64,000 nucleotides of DNA from Bdellovibrionales bacterium (GCA_965261545.1 CBDHDF010000002.1:352001-416000), one strand, 5' to 3'. Shown: positions 34,575 through 45,981, counted from the stretch's first letter. Notes: a model not told the origin generated them from the sequence alone. Numbers and translations are program-made.

Positions 34575-35551
34575 ATGATGGAGGTATCAATGTCAGATAG
34601 TGCTAAGAAAGTAGGTCCTGAAGTTGTGTGGAAGCTTATGGAGAAGGTCGCAAAATCCCAAGAAGAGACAAGTCTCCAACAGAAGGAGACAGACCGTCAT
34701 TTCAAAGAGATGTCCAAGGAGGCTGATCTCCAAAGGAAGGAGGCCGATCTCCAAAGGAAGGAGACAGACCATCACTTCAAAAAGATGTCCAAGGAGGCCG
34801 ATCTCCAAAGGAAGGAGACAGACCATCACTTCAAAAAGATGTCCAAGGAGGCCGAACTTCAAAGGGAGAAGGCCGACCTTGAAAGGAAGGAGACAGACCG
34901 TTATTTGAAAAAGATGTCCAAGGAGGCCGAACTTCAAAGGGAGAAGGCCGACCTTGAAAGGAAGGAGACAGACCGTCATTTCAAAGAGATGTCCAAGGAG
35001 GCCGAACTTCAAAGGGAGGAAGGGAGAAGGCCGACCTTGAAAGGAAGGAGACAGATCGTTATTTGAAAGAAATATCCAAAAAGGCAGATATTCGCCATGC
35101 TCACTTGGAAAAAAGAACGAGAGAACTCAACGAATTGTTTACGGGACAATGGGGAAAACTGATAGAAAGCCTTGTTAAAGGTGACTTGGTAAGGCTTCTC
35201 AATGAAAGAAATATCCAAGTGATGGGGCTTGCCCAGGAAAATTTTCGCAGGCGGAATGGAGAAGAATACGAGGTTGATATCATTGCAGTCAATGGGCGGG
35301 AGGTTGTTGTTGTGGAAGTAAAAACCACTTTAAAAAATCAGCACCTTGACCATTTTATAGAAAAGCTCGGCATGTTTAAAGATATTTTTCCAGAGTACAA
35401 AGACAAGATAATTTACGGTGCCATAGCTTATTTGAAGGCCAATGAAGGGGCTCATAACAAGGCTGAAAAAAAAGGTCTTTTTGTAATCCGAGCTACCGGC
35501 AATAGTGCCACCATCACCAATCAAAAAGAATTTTCTCCGAAGGTGTTCTAA
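34575..35551 (+). pseudogene. A9: frameshifted by a 13-bp deletion near 35022
   Basis: GAGGAAG|GGAGAAG versus GAGGAAGCCAAACTTCAAAGGGAGAAG in sister copies. Confidence 0.85.
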
Positions 35552-35875
35552 GGCAAAAAGGACTTTGATGCCTCGTTAAAGAAGCTTATGGAGCCTTTTA
35601 GTGACGAGTCTGTAGATACAGCGAGTCTACTGAGCCCTTTGTACAGGAGAGTGCTCAACTTGAAGAGTCATGGGAACGACAAAGACTATAAAAGCCAAAA
35701 AAAAAGAAAGAAGAGGCTGGAGGAGATTCTTAAAAAGCGTCTTGTATTGGCTTTTTTGTAAACCTTGGTGTTTTTGAATGCTTTGTGGGCATAGAAGATG
35801 AGGTTAAAATGAAGATAATGGACTTATTTTTGCCTGTGCCTTTGTTGTGTGATATTTGTGAAATGAAACCAATGG

Positions 35876-36820
35876 GTGAAGCCAATGAATGAGGCGTCAA
35901 TGTCAGATAGTGCTAAGAAAGTAGGTCCTGAAGTTGTGTGGAAGCTTATGGAGAAGGTCGCAAAATCCCAAGAAGAGACAAGTCTCCAACAGAAGGAGAC
36001 AGACCGTCATTTCAAAGAGATGTCCAAGGAGGCTGATCTCCAAAGGAAGGAGGCCGATCTCCAAAGGAAGGAGACAGACCATCACTTCAAAAAGATGTCC
36101 AAGGAGGCCGAACTTCAAAGGGAGAAGGCCGACCTTGAAAGGAAGGAGACAGACCGTTATTTGAAAAAGATGTCCAAGGAGGCCGAACTTCAAAGGGAGA
36201 AGGCCGACCTTGAAAGGAAGGAGACAGACCGTCATTTCAAAGAGATGTCCAAGGAGGCCGAACTTCAAAGGGAGGAAGCCAAACTTCAAAGGGAGAAGGC
36301 CGACCTTGAAAGGAAGGAGACAGATCGTTATTTGAAAGAAATATCCAAAAAGGCAGATATTCGCCATGCTCACTTGGAAAAAAGAACGAGAGAACTCAAC
36401 GAATTGTTTACGGGACAATGGGGAAAACTGATAGAAAGCCTTGTTAAAGGTGACTTGGTAAGGCTTCTCAATGAAAGAAATATCCAAGTGATGGGGCTTG
36501 CCCAGGAAAATTTTCGCAGGCGGAATGGAGAAGAATACGAGGTTGATATCATTGCAGTCAATGGGCGGGAGGTTGTTGTTGTGGAAGTAAAAACCACTTT
36601 AAAAAATCAGCACCTTGACCATTTTATAGAAAAGCTCGGCATGTTTAAAGATATTTTTCCAGAGTACAAAGACAAGATAATTTACGGTGCCATAGCTTAT
36701 TTGAAGGCCAATGAAGGGGCTCATAACAAGGCTGAAAAAAAAGGTCTTTTTGTAATCCGAGCTACCGGCAATAGTGCCACCATCACCAATCAAAAAGAAT
36801 TTTCTCCGAAGGTGTTCTAA
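35876..36820 (+). CDS. A10: coiled-coil PD-(D/E)XK-like protein
   Basis: Intact ORF. Confidence 0.88.
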   Translation: MKPMNEASMSDSAKKVGPEVVWKLMEKVAKSQEETSLQQKETDRHFKEMSKEADLQRKEADLQRKETDHHFKKMSKEAELQREKADLERKETDRYLKKMSKEAELQREKADLERKETDRHFKEMSKEAELQREEAKLQREKADLERKETDRYLKEISKKADIRHAHLEKRTRELNELFTGQWGKLIESLVKGDLVRLLNERNIQVMGLAQENFRRRNGEEYEVDIIAVNGREVVVVEVKTTLKNQHLDHFIEKLGMFKDIFPEYKDKIIYGAIAYLKANEGAHNKAEKKGLFVIRATGNSATITNQKEFSPKVF

Positions 36821-37144
36821 GGCAAAAAGGACTTTGATGCCTCGTTAAAGAAGCTTATGGAGCCTTTTAGTGACGAGTCTGTAGATACAGCGAGTCTACT
36901 GAGCCCTTTGTACAGGAGAGTGCTCAACTTGAAGAGTCATGGGAACGACAAAGACTATAAAAGCCAAAAAAAAAGAAAGAAGAGGCTGGAGGAGATTCTT
37001 AAAAAGCGTCTTGTATTGGCTTTTTTGTAAATCTTGGTGTTTTTGAATGCTTTGTGGGCATAGAAGATGAGGTTAAAATGAAGATAATGGACTTATTTTT
37101 GCATGTGCCTTTGTTGTGTGATATTTGTGAAATGAAACCAATGG

Positions 37145-38005
37145 GTGATGGAGGCGTCAATGTCAGATAGTGCTAAGAAAGTAGGTCCTGAAGTTGTGTG
37201 GAAGCTTATGGAGAAGGTCGCAAAATCCCAAGAAGAGACAAGTCTCCAACAGAAGGAGACAGACCGTCATTTCAAAGAGATGTCCAAGGAGGCTGATCTC
37301 CAAAGGAAGGAGGCCGATCTCCAAAGGAAGGAGACAGACCATCACTTCAAAAAGATGTCCAAGGAGGCCGAACTTCAAAGGGAGAAGGCCGACCTTGAAA
37401 GGAAGGAGACAGACCGTTATTTGAAAAAGATGTCCAAGGAGGCCGAACTTCAAAGGGAGGAAGCCAAACTTCAAAGGGAGAAGGCCGACCTTGAAAGGAA
37501 GGAGACAGATCGTTATTTGAAAGAAATATCCAAAAAGGCAGATATTCGCCATGCTCACTTGGAAAAAAGAACGAAAGAGCTCAACGAATTATTTACGGGG
37601 CAATGGGGAAAACTGATAGAAAGCCTTGTTAAAGGTGACTTGGTAAGGCTTCTCAATGAAAGAAATATCCAAGTGATGGGGCTTGCCCAGGAAAATTTTC
37701 GCAGGCGGAATGGAGAAGAATACGAGGTTGATATCATTGCAGTCAATGGGCGGGAGGTTGTTGTTGTGGAAGTAAAAACCACTTTAAAAAATCATCACCT
37801 TGACCATTTTATAGAAAAGCTCGGCATGTTTAAAGATATTTTTCCAGAGTACAAAGACAAGATAATTTACGGTGCCATAGCTTATTTGAAGGCCAATGAA
37901 GGGGCTCATAACAAGGCTGAAAAAAAAGGTCTTTTTGTAATCCGAGCTACCGGCAATAGTGCCACCATCACCAATCAAAAAGAATTTTCTCCGAAGGTGT
38001 TCTAA
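37145..38005 (+). CDS. A11: coiled-coil PD-(D/E)XK-like protein
   Basis: Intact ORF. Confidence 0.88.
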   Translation: MMEASMSDSAKKVGPEVVWKLMEKVAKSQEETSLQQKETDRHFKEMSKEADLQRKEADLQRKETDHHFKKMSKEAELQREKADLERKETDRYLKKMSKEAELQREEAKLQREKADLERKETDRYLKEISKKADIRHAHLEKRTKELNELFTGQWGKLIESLVKGDLVRLLNERNIQVMGLAQENFRRRNGEEYEVDIIAVNGREVVVVEVKTTLKNHHLDHFIEKLGMFKDIFPEYKDKIIYGAIAYLKANEGAHNKAEKKGLFVIRATGNSATITNQKEFSPKVF

Positions 38006-38147
38006 GGCAAAAAGGACTTTGATACCTCGTTAAAGAAGCTTATGGAGCCTTTTAGTGACGAGTCTGTAGATACAGCGAGTCTACTGAGCCCTTTGTACAG
38101 GAGAGTGCTCAACTTGAAGAGTCATGGGAACGACAAAGACTATAAAA

Positions 38148-38223
38148 CCTGAATTCTACAAAAATGGTAACAAGGATTCTGGCCTAAGGTCCTGACATTG
38201 TGAAGCGACGGCTGGGATTAATA
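38148..38223 (-). mobile_element. Isolated right end of IS1634-c
   Basis: Reverse complement of ~51389-51464; begins CCTGAATTCTACAAAAATGGTAACAAGG. Confidence 0.9.
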
Positions 38224-39070
38224 GAGCCTGTAAACTATTTTGTGTAACTGCCGAATCATATTAGGATGAACTATCATCCTGAAAGGAGAAGGCAGAATGG
38301 ATATCAAGACAATGTGTGCCACGAAGTCACGGAGGTGACATGCTGATGTGAAGATGGAGGTAGGTCCTCCGCACTCGGATTTCAGGATTTGAGTGCAAAC
38401 AACCTTGCTGCTGCATGGGAGGCAAGGCCCTTGTAGTGAGCGAGCAAGGAAAAGGCCGTAGTAAACGGTCATGTAAGTACTAGGGAGATGAGCGAAAGCA
38501 AACCCACCGACGACGCATCGAAAGATTAACAGTCGCGTCAAAACCGAAGGAAGGTTGTCTCCGTCGGGATAAGTCTAGAGGAAGCCTGATGACCGATCTA
38601 GACGGCGTGCGGTGTATAGGGGGCATGAACCTAGTACAGGCTTCGTATCGGAACGTGGGAACCTGCTGGTGGATGATAAGGGAAACGCTATAAGGGAGAC
38701 CCCCGAAGTGCTAAATACCGATGCCACCAACCAGGGGCAGAGTGATTCGTAGTAGTGATGAAGTTCTTGTAATGAGAATGGAGCGAAGGGGTCACATGAT
38801 TTATGGAAGTAGTCAGGCCAACTTGGTTATGCTGAGGAGGAGCCTAATGAAACGGAAAATCATAGGAGCCGTGTGAGGGGAGACTTTCAAGCACGGTTCT
38901 GTGAGGGGCAGTGGGGGAAGTTCCCACTGCCTACTCGATAGGCAAGGAACTAGCGAAGAACGTCAAGACCCAAAAGGATTTATCCGACATAACGGGTCAA
39001 CTGATGAAGGTTGTTTTAGAGACGGCCCTTAATGCGGAAATGGACGATCACCTAGGTTATGAGAGGCATG
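38224..39070 (+). mobile_element. IS256 copy 2: 5' fragment carrying a group II intron, cut off by IS21
   Basis: TIR GAGCCTGTAAAC...; transposase start MDIKTI/GKELAKNVK. Confidence 0.9.
38314..38939 (+). ncRNA. ORF-less group II intron (626 nt), copy 1
   Basis: 5' GTGTG; domain V GAGCCGTGTGAGGGGAGACTTTCAAGCACGGTTC; domain VI hairpin ending CCTACTCGAT; precise insertion without TSD relative to the intact IS256. Confidence 0.93.
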
Positions 39071-41237
39071 TGTTAGCTGACAATTAAAATGCCCCACCGT
39101 CGCCAATGAAAAGTGGCCACTTTTCAGAGGAGGACCTATGGTGATTTTTGGCATTGTCAACCGAGACGCATATAATCAATTGATATTACTCATAAAAAGG
39201 CTCCGAGCTGATAAGAACTCCTTTTGGGTTCTTGTCGACCTGGAAAGGGGCTCCGTGTTGGAGAGTCCTTCCATGACAGCCTATTCAGGTTCCATATTTG
39301 TCATTTGTAGACTGTTTCTGGATTTCAATGAGGTTAAATATATAGTCAAGAAAAGCCTGTTTAGGCTGTGCCCATTTTCTAAAGTATTTAAATTCCACAA
39401 GATTCCAACATTTGCCTCAATTTTCATGGAATTTCTTTCTGAAGACAGGCTTCCCTTAAAGCCGTCGCCAATTAAAATGTCCCACTTTCAATATGGAGGT
39501 TGTCGCCAATGAAAAGTGACCAATCTTCAGGGAGTGTTCAAATACTAGACAATGAAGTCTCTTCTTCTGATATAGATACTAAGCTCACAGAGTCCCTCCC
39601 TTTTGCAACTCAAAAGGTTAGCAATGAGGAGGATCTTATGATTAGTCAATACACTTTCGGCCGCATTCGTGACCTGAGTCACAGTGGTAAAAATAAGACA
39701 GAAATATCTCGTGAATTAGGGATCAATCGTAAGACGGTGCGCAAGTACTGTGAGTCCAACACCCCACCGAAGTACAAGGCGAGGTCCAAAAGAACTCGCC
39801 CAGATCCCCTTAATGGATATATGGATCGGGTGAAGTACTTTTTGAAGTTGAACCCAAGTAACACCGCCCGTGAAATATATGAGCTATTAGTTGAGGAGGG
39901 TTATCGTGGGAGTGAGAGAACGGTTCAGAGAAGAGTTTGTGAGATTCTTGGTTCTCGCCCCAAGGAGCGTTTTTTCAGCCAAAGATATGATCCTGGAGAA
40001 CAGGCTCAGTTTGATTTTAAGGAGAAGGTTGCTTTACCATTTGCCGATGGTGTTCAGATCGTTCATCTCCATTTTGGAACATTGCCTTGTAGTGGCACCT
40101 GTTGGGTTCGTGCCTACCCCTTTCTTGTCTATGAGTGTTTCATCGATGGGGTGCATGCTTTTTTGAAAAGATAGGTGGGATGAGTGCGAACATCCGTATT
40201 GATAATTTATCTCCCTGTGTGAAGAAAGTTCTTAAAGGAAATCAGCGAATTTACACCCAATCTTTTGATCGAGCCATCCAATACTATGGATTTAAGGTTC
40301 TTCCCTGCCGCGCAGGGAAGGGCTCTGACAAGGGAGATGTGGAGCGTGATATTCGAACCTTCAGTTCTCGGATAAAAAATATTGTTAGAAACAAAGGAAT
40401 TGTTTTTAAAGACTGGGATCATTTGAATCAGTTTTTAGAGTCTTATATGGATCAGCATCAGAGTGACTCCACCAAATCTCGCTTTGAGGAGGAGGCCAAA
40501 GTTCTTAAGCCTTTGCCTCCACGAGATGAAGATATTCTCTGTAAGGTGAATATTTGTCAAAGTAATGGTTATGGGACTTTGAGAATAGGTAAAACCACAT
40601 ATTCCATACCTGATGAGGTGATCCAATCTCCCTGTAAAACCGTACAGGGTCCCTATCATGTCACGATCTATCGTGCAGGAGGGAAGCAAGAAATTGTCGC
40701 TCGCCATCAAAGAAAACCTGATGGGGAGCATAGTTGCTGAATTTCACGAGTTTGACCCACTGAATTTCACGAAGTTTGACCCACCCCTCAGTCAGTCAAT
40801 TTGAGGTCCAATTTTGAATTTCACGGTGGCTCAAACTTTGTCAATTTAAACCTTCTTTTTTCTGCTGACTCAGTAACTTTTACACCCTCAATGTCACGAT
40901 GTCCCAACGGTGGGTTAAGGCTTATTTGCCAGAATGTTAGATGCCAACTAAAATTGGCCACTTTGTCATTGAGAATCTCGACCCTCCCCATTTCTGAGGT
41001 TTCAATGGAGGGTTTTTCAATGGGGATGTTGAATCCATTGCTCAAAATGGCAGAGAATAGCGAGCCAGTTATCCACAAATTTATCCATGGTGACGCTGCG
41101 TCTGTGACCCCGATGTCTATCAACGCAGCGCTGCCGTGGGTAAATTTTGTGGATAACTGGCGGGTACATGATTCAATAGTTCCGATGGAGTGTCTCCCGA
41201 TGGTGTCTTCCAAGGTCTGCCTTTGCATGGATTCTCC

Positions 41238-41966
41238 TTAAATCGTCTTTCTCTGCCTAAATGAGCTTCCAGACATGGCTATTTTGATAGCTTGAGAGGT
41301 TATGCGATCCATAATAGCTTCACAAACGATGGGATCCTCAATGACTTCACTCCAATTTTTTATTGGAAGTTGGGTTGTAAGAATGAGGCTCAGGTCAGGG
41401 CCTCGTTCATCAATCACATCGTAAAGGTCTTGATATTGGTTAGAGGTAAGGGGCTTGATACCAAAATCATCCAACACAAGTATCGAGACTGATTTTAGCC
41501 TTTTAAGGAAGTTTAGATATGTCCCCTGGGCTCTTTCTAAGTTGAATTTTTCAACAAGAGTATTCATTCTGAAGAACTGAGTGGAAAAACCTTGGCGACA
41601 GGCGTGATTACCTATGGCACAAGCCAAATATGACTTTCCAACACCCGTTGGGCCAGAGATAATTATATTTTGACCTCTTTGAGCAAATCTCATAAGGGCT
41701 AGATCACTCAAAACTCTTCGATCGACTCCTCGGTTGGATTTGGTTTCAAAGGCCTCAAGGCTTGCTTTTTGCTGCAAAGCTGCTCTTTTGATAAGTCTTG
41801 AGACCTTCTGATTTTCACGATGGATTTTTTCGTCCTCAAAGATGACATTTAGAAAGTCCTCGTAACCAAGATCCTGCTCCTCAGCTTCTTTGAGCCTCTG
41901 GCTCAAGGTTGCTAAAACTCCCCTCATTTTTAATATCTCTAATAAATTTTCTGTTTGTTTAATCAT
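41238..41966 (-). CDS. istB: IS21 helper AAA+ ATPase IstB
   Basis: Walker A GPTGVGKS, LVLDDFG, AIMDR. Confidence 0.95.
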   Translation of the reverse strand: MIKQTENLLEILKMRGVLATLSQRLKEAEEQDLGYEDFLNVIFEDEKIHRENQKVSRLIKRAALQQKASLEAFETKSNRGVDRRVLSDLALMRFAQRGQNIIISGPTGVGKSYLACAIGNHACRQGFSTQFFRMNTLVEKFNLERAQGTYLNFLKRLKSVSILVLDDFGIKPLTSNQYQDLYDVIDERGPDLSLILTTQLPIKNWSEVIEDPIVCEAIMDRITSQAIKIAMSGSSFRQRKTI

Positions 41967-42047
41967 TTTCTTCTCCTATACGACCTCTCTTATGGAGGTC
42001 AAAATGACCCGTTAGGTGGTTGAGAACCACCCACCGGGGCTATGTGA

Positions 42048-43565
42048 TTAGTGGCGGCAAGCATTCTCCCAGTGCTCTGAACCTCTTAAATTTTCATTAG
42101 GTTGACGGCAGACTCTTGGCTCCTCTTTTCGATGACTTTTTGCTGAAATAACTTTCTCAACTCCACGAACCCTAATGTCACTTAAAGCTGCATCTACAAA
42201 AAATGAGCAAGCCTGCTCCAAAGAAGCTGTTGAATACCGTTTTCTTAGATTGAGTATCCCCTGAACACGACGAAGATACATAAGCGGATGGCGAGGCTCT
42301 TTGATAAGCCGCTCGGCAACTTTGTGAATGCTTTCTCCAAGGCTTGATGCCTCTTTAAGTACATTTTGTGGCGTTTGCTCTAAAATGGCCCGGTGGGACT
42401 CAGGGAGATGAGATTTTGTCGTAAAGTAGCGCCCTCGACTGCCCTGGGGGATGTGATGTATCGCCACCCGCTCTAATTCTGAATAAACCTCCAAGCATTG
42501 TTGGCTAATACGAATATCTAACTTCTTGCCGCGATGCTTATAAGGAACAGAGTAAAAATTGTAGTTATATTGAATGTGACAATCCGGATGAACCTTGGAA
42601 TGCTTCCAGAATCCACTCTCATAGCGTCTTTCAGGAAGAGGATTCAATTTTGACTTCTCAAAAGATTCAAACTTCTGTCGACGACTCAACCCATACTTTT
42701 TTTGAATACGATCATTGAAAATAGCTGCCAAATGCTTCAACTCAGCGTTGATGTCTGCTAGAGAATACATTTGCCGCTCTCTTATCTGGGGCCAAGACCA
42801 GCGCCAAAAGACTCCAAGGGTATTTTCGATAAGACTCTTGTCTTTGGGGCGAGATGGCCTCATCGCCAAAGGAGCCACATTGTAGTGATCACACAAGAGG
42901 TGAAACTCAGAGTTAATATCGGGGTCATAAGTATCAGCTCTTGTCACTTGAACCTTTGCGTTATCAAAAGCAATGGTTCCGGTCACACCACCAAAAAACT
43001 CAAAACCAGAAGCTATGGAGGAAAAAACATCTTCCCGCTGCTCTGTTAATGTGGCGCATGGAAAGAAAAACTGACTCGATGGAAGTATCATTCCAAATAA
43101 TCGACATGGGATGAACTCCCCAGTCTTGGCATCTGTATAGCCAAAACAAGAGTCTTTTCCCTTATAGTCAAACTCACTCCGTTCACCAGGGGTGAATGTC
43201 TGGTGCATATCAAGCTTTATACTTGGGTGCCTCCGACGAAACTCTCTCCAAAAAGAAAGATAACTCACACCGTCAATCTCGGACTGAATATGTCGCTCCC
43301 AGTAATGAGCCAATTGAGTCCCTAGGCTTTGCTTGAGGCGAACATCTGTCCAATTCACCTTGGATGACCATGGGGCTTGGTAGGGCCCATGCGACCCCTT
43401 TGAGCGGCTGTTAGGGCCTCCGGGACTATCCTTCACATACTTCTTCACAGTGTTCCGACTAACACCCATAGCTCGAGCTATTTGTCTCGAACTGAGTCCA
43501 AGCTCTATGTATTTCTTAATATTGTTGATCATTCTTGCTCCTTTTTTCTTACCTTGTTTGCCCAT
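42048..43565 (-). CDS. istA: IS21 transposase IstA
   Basis: N-terminal HTH, PGERSEFDY, FDNAK, PKDKSLIE and YSVP motifs. Confidence 0.93.
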   Translation of the reverse strand: MGKQGKKKGARMINNIKKYIELGLSSRQIARAMGVSRNTVKKYVKDSPGGPNSRSKGSHGPYQAPWSSKVNWTDVRLKQSLGTQLAHYWERHIQSEIDGVSYLSFWREFRRRHPSIKLDMHQTFTPGERSEFDYKGKDSCFGYTDAKTGEFIPCRLFGMILPSSQFFFPCATLTEQREDVFSSIASGFEFFGGVTGTIAFDNAKVQVTRADTYDPDINSEFHLLCDHYNVAPLAMRPSRPKDKSLIENTLGVFWRWSWPQIRERQMYSLADINAELKHLAAIFNDRIQKKYGLSRRQKFESFEKSKLNPLPERRYESGFWKHSKVHPDCHIQYNYNFYSVPYKHRGKKLDIRISQQCLEVYSELERVAIHHIPQGSRGRYFTTKSHLPESHRAILEQTPQNVLKEASSLGESIHKVAERLIKEPRHPLMYLRRVQGILNLRKRYSTASLEQACSFFVDAALSDIRVRGVEKVISAKSHRKEEPRVCRQPNENLRGSEHWENACRH

Positions 43566-44089
43566 AGACACCTCCTCGTTAATGCGTAGCGCAGAAAGAA
43601 TATCTATGAAGATCTAAGTGGGTCAATGTTTGGTGAAATTCAGTGGGTCAAACTTCGTGAAATTGGGTGGGTCAAACCAGGTGAAATTGGGTGGGTCAAA
43701 CTAGGTGAAATTTTGCATAGTCTTCTTCTTGAACATATCCTTCCCTCTTTAGTTCGTAAGCCGCAAGCCATGGTAAGATGGGCTCACCGATCCATTCTTT
43801 TTCCAACAAATGTGTTTGAAAATTTTTATCAATACCTCAAGCAACAAGATTCAAGCCGTGCCGAGCATGAATATTTAAGAGTTATCAACTTGATTCAGCA
43901 TGTGAGTTGGCAGGACTTATCTACAGCCATGGAGCTTCAATTAGAAAGTCGTGAGATTTTCGACTTTAAATCCATAAAAGATTTGCTCTTAGGAAATCCC
44001 ACCAAAATTAATTTGAATGACCAACAAAAACCACTTCAACCTAGATTGTCTCAATATGACAGTCTTGTTCCAAACATAGGAGGTTCTTA

Positions 44090-44489
44090 ATGAATCACGA
44101 AGAACTTATAGGTTCTCTTAAAAAACTCCGACTTCCAGCGATGGCGGATGAATATGTTGCAACGGCTAGAGTTGCCGAAAAAACAAAAAAGACGTATGAA
44201 CAGTATTTAGGTATACTCGTTCAAAATGAGCTTGCTGACAAGCATTCCCAGAGAGTGAAAAGATTGCTTAAGGGGGCCAAGCTTCCTCAACTTAAATCAC
44301 TCCAAACTTATAACTTCCAGAAAAGAACGGGAGTGACAGCTCAGCAAATTAATTGGATGGCAGAGGGAGAGTGGGTCAGAAAAGCCTGTAATGTTGTGTT
44401 TTACGGAAGCTTTGGAATGGGGAAAAGTCATTTGGCCATGTCCCTAGTTCGTTCACTCTGTGAACAAGGCTATCGATGTTTATGGGTCA
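44090..44489 (+). pseudogene. istB: IstB, truncated after Walker A and fused to array spacer DNA
   Basis: LKKLRLPAM and GSFGMGKSHLA, then an abrupt switch to array sequence. Confidence 0.88.
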
Positions 44490-44761
44490 CAATTATCTTC
44501 ATTTTAACCTCATCTTCTATGCCCACAAAGCATTCAAAAACACCAAGGTTTACAAAAAAGCCAATACAAGACGCTTTTTAAGAATCTCCTCCAGCCTCTT
44601 CTTTCTTTTTTTTTGGCTTTTATAGTCTTTGTCGTTCCCATGACTCTTCAAGTTGAGCACTCTCCTGTACAAAGGGCTCAGTAGACTCGCTGTATCTACA
44701 GACTCGTCACTGTAAAAGGCTCCATAAGCTTCTTTAACGAGGTATCAAAGTCCTTTTTGCC

Positions 44762-45634
44762 TTAGAACACCTTCGGAGAAAATTCTTTTTGATTGGTGAT
44801 GGTGGCACTATTGCCGGTAGCTCGGATTACAAAAAGACCTTTTTTTTCAGCCTTGTTATGAGCCCCTTCATTGGCCTTCAAATAAGCTATGGCACCGTAA
44901 ATTATCTTGTCTTTGTACTCTGGAAAAATATCTTTAAACATGCCGAGCTTTTCTATAAAATGGTCAAGGTGATGATTTTTTAAAGTGGTTTTTACTTCCA
45001 CAACAACAACCTCCCGCCCATTGACTGCAATGATATCAACCTCGTATTCTTCTCCATTCCGCCTGCGAAAATTTTCCTGGGCAAGCCCCATCACTTGGAT
45101 ATTTCTTTCATTGAGAAGCCTTACCAAGTCACCTTTAACAAGGCTTTCTATCAGTTTTCCCCATTGCCCCGTAAACAATTCATTGAGTTCTCTTGTTCTT
45201 TTTTCCAAGTGAGCATGGCGAATATCTGCCTTTTTGGATATTTCTTTCAAATAACGATCTGTCTCCTTCCTTTGAAGTTTGGCTTCCTCCCTTTGAAGTT
45301 CGGCCTCCTTGGACATCTCTTTGAAATGACGGTCTGTCTCCTTCCTTTCAAGGTCGGCCTTCTCCCTTTGAAGTTCGGCCTCCTTGGACATCTTTTTCAA
45401 ATAACGATCTGTCTCCTTCCTTTCAAGGTCGGCCTCCTTGGACATCTTTTTGAAGTGACGGTCTGTCTCCTTCCTTTGGAGATCAGCCTCCTTGGACATC
45501 TCTTTGAAATGACGGTCTGTCTCCTTCTGTTGGAGACTTGTCTCTTCTTGGGATTTTGCTACCTTCTCCATAAGCTTCCACACAACTTCAGGACCTACTT
45601 TCTTAGCACTATCTGGCATTGACGCCTCCTTCAT
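44762..45634 (-). CDS. A15: coiled-coil PD-(D/E)XK-like protein
   Basis: Intact ORF. Confidence 0.88.
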   Translation of the reverse strand: MKEASMPDSAKKVGPEVVWKLMEKVAKSQEETSLQQKETDRHFKEMSKEADLQRKETDRHFKKMSKEADLERKETDRYLKKMSKEAELQREKADLERKETDRHFKEMSKEAELQREEAKLQRKETDRYLKEISKKADIRHAHLEKRTRELNELFTGQWGKLIESLVKGDLVRLLNERNIQVMGLAQENFRRRNGEEYEVDIIAVNGREVVVVEVKTTLKNHHLDHFIEKLGMFKDIFPEYKDKIIYGAIAYLKANEGAHNKAEKKGLFVIRATGNSATITNQKEFSPKVF

Positions 45635-45981
45635 TCATTGGCTTCACTTGACTTCACCCATTGGTTTCATTTCACAAATATCACACAACAAAGGCACATG
45701 CAAAAATAAGTCCTTATCTTCATTTTAACCTCATCTTCTATGCCCACAAAGCATTCAAAAACACCAAGGTTTACAAAAAAGCCAATACAAGACGCTTTTT
45801 AAGAATCTCCTCCAGCCTCTTCTTTCTTTTTTTTTGGCTTTTATAGTCTTTGTCGTTCCCATAACTCTTCAAGTTGAGCACTCTCCTGTACAAAGGGCTC
45901 AGTAGACTCGCTGTATCTACAGACTCGTCACTGTAAAAGGCTCCATAAGCTTCTTTAACGAGGTATCAAAGTCCTTTTTGC

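Larger units (their letters stand above)
1..38147 (+). repeat. Tandem gene array, left arm: ~3.5-kb A-B-C units, then ~1.2-kb A+spacer units (11 A copies), interrupted by IS elements
   Basis: Near-identical blocks recur; A genes end at 498, 3961, 11505, 14931, 22092, 23227, 32832, 34225, 35551, 36820, 38005. Confidence 0.97.
40735..43717 (-). mobile_element. IS21-family element (inner), complete
   Basis: TG..CA ends with tandem ~22-bp repeats (GTGGGTCAAACTTCGTGAAATT); TSD TAGT. Confidence 0.92.
39638..44090 (+). pseudogene. istA: IS21 transposase IstA (frameshift near 40160; interrupted at 40735-43717)
   Basis: HTH EISRELGINRKTVRKY, PGEQAQFDF, IDN and KGDVER motifs. Confidence 0.88.
39071..44489 (+). 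mobile_element. IS21-family element (outer), right end deleted, with a nested IS21
   Basis: TGT start with repeated CAATTAAAATG/CAATGAAAAGTG motifs; istA and istB homologues. Confidence 0.88.

Noticed and set aside
32014..38005. CRISPR-like reading of the short repeats
   Set aside because: The repeats are contiguous in-frame coding modules without unique spacers, and no cas genes are present
38218..38541. Minus-strand ORF MTRLLIFRCVV.. (also 52947-53273, 53663-53899)
   Set aside because: It is antisense to group II intron domain I and recurs only because the intron does
40801..41241. Overlapping ORFs 40801-41241(+) and 40821-41228(-) as IS21 passenger genes
   Set aside because: No recognisable motifs; they run across hairpins and terminal repeats
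43619..43713. Four tandem ~22-bp repeats as iterons or a mini-CRISPR
   Set aside because: They are IS21 terminal transposase-binding repeats, mirrored at 40735-40785
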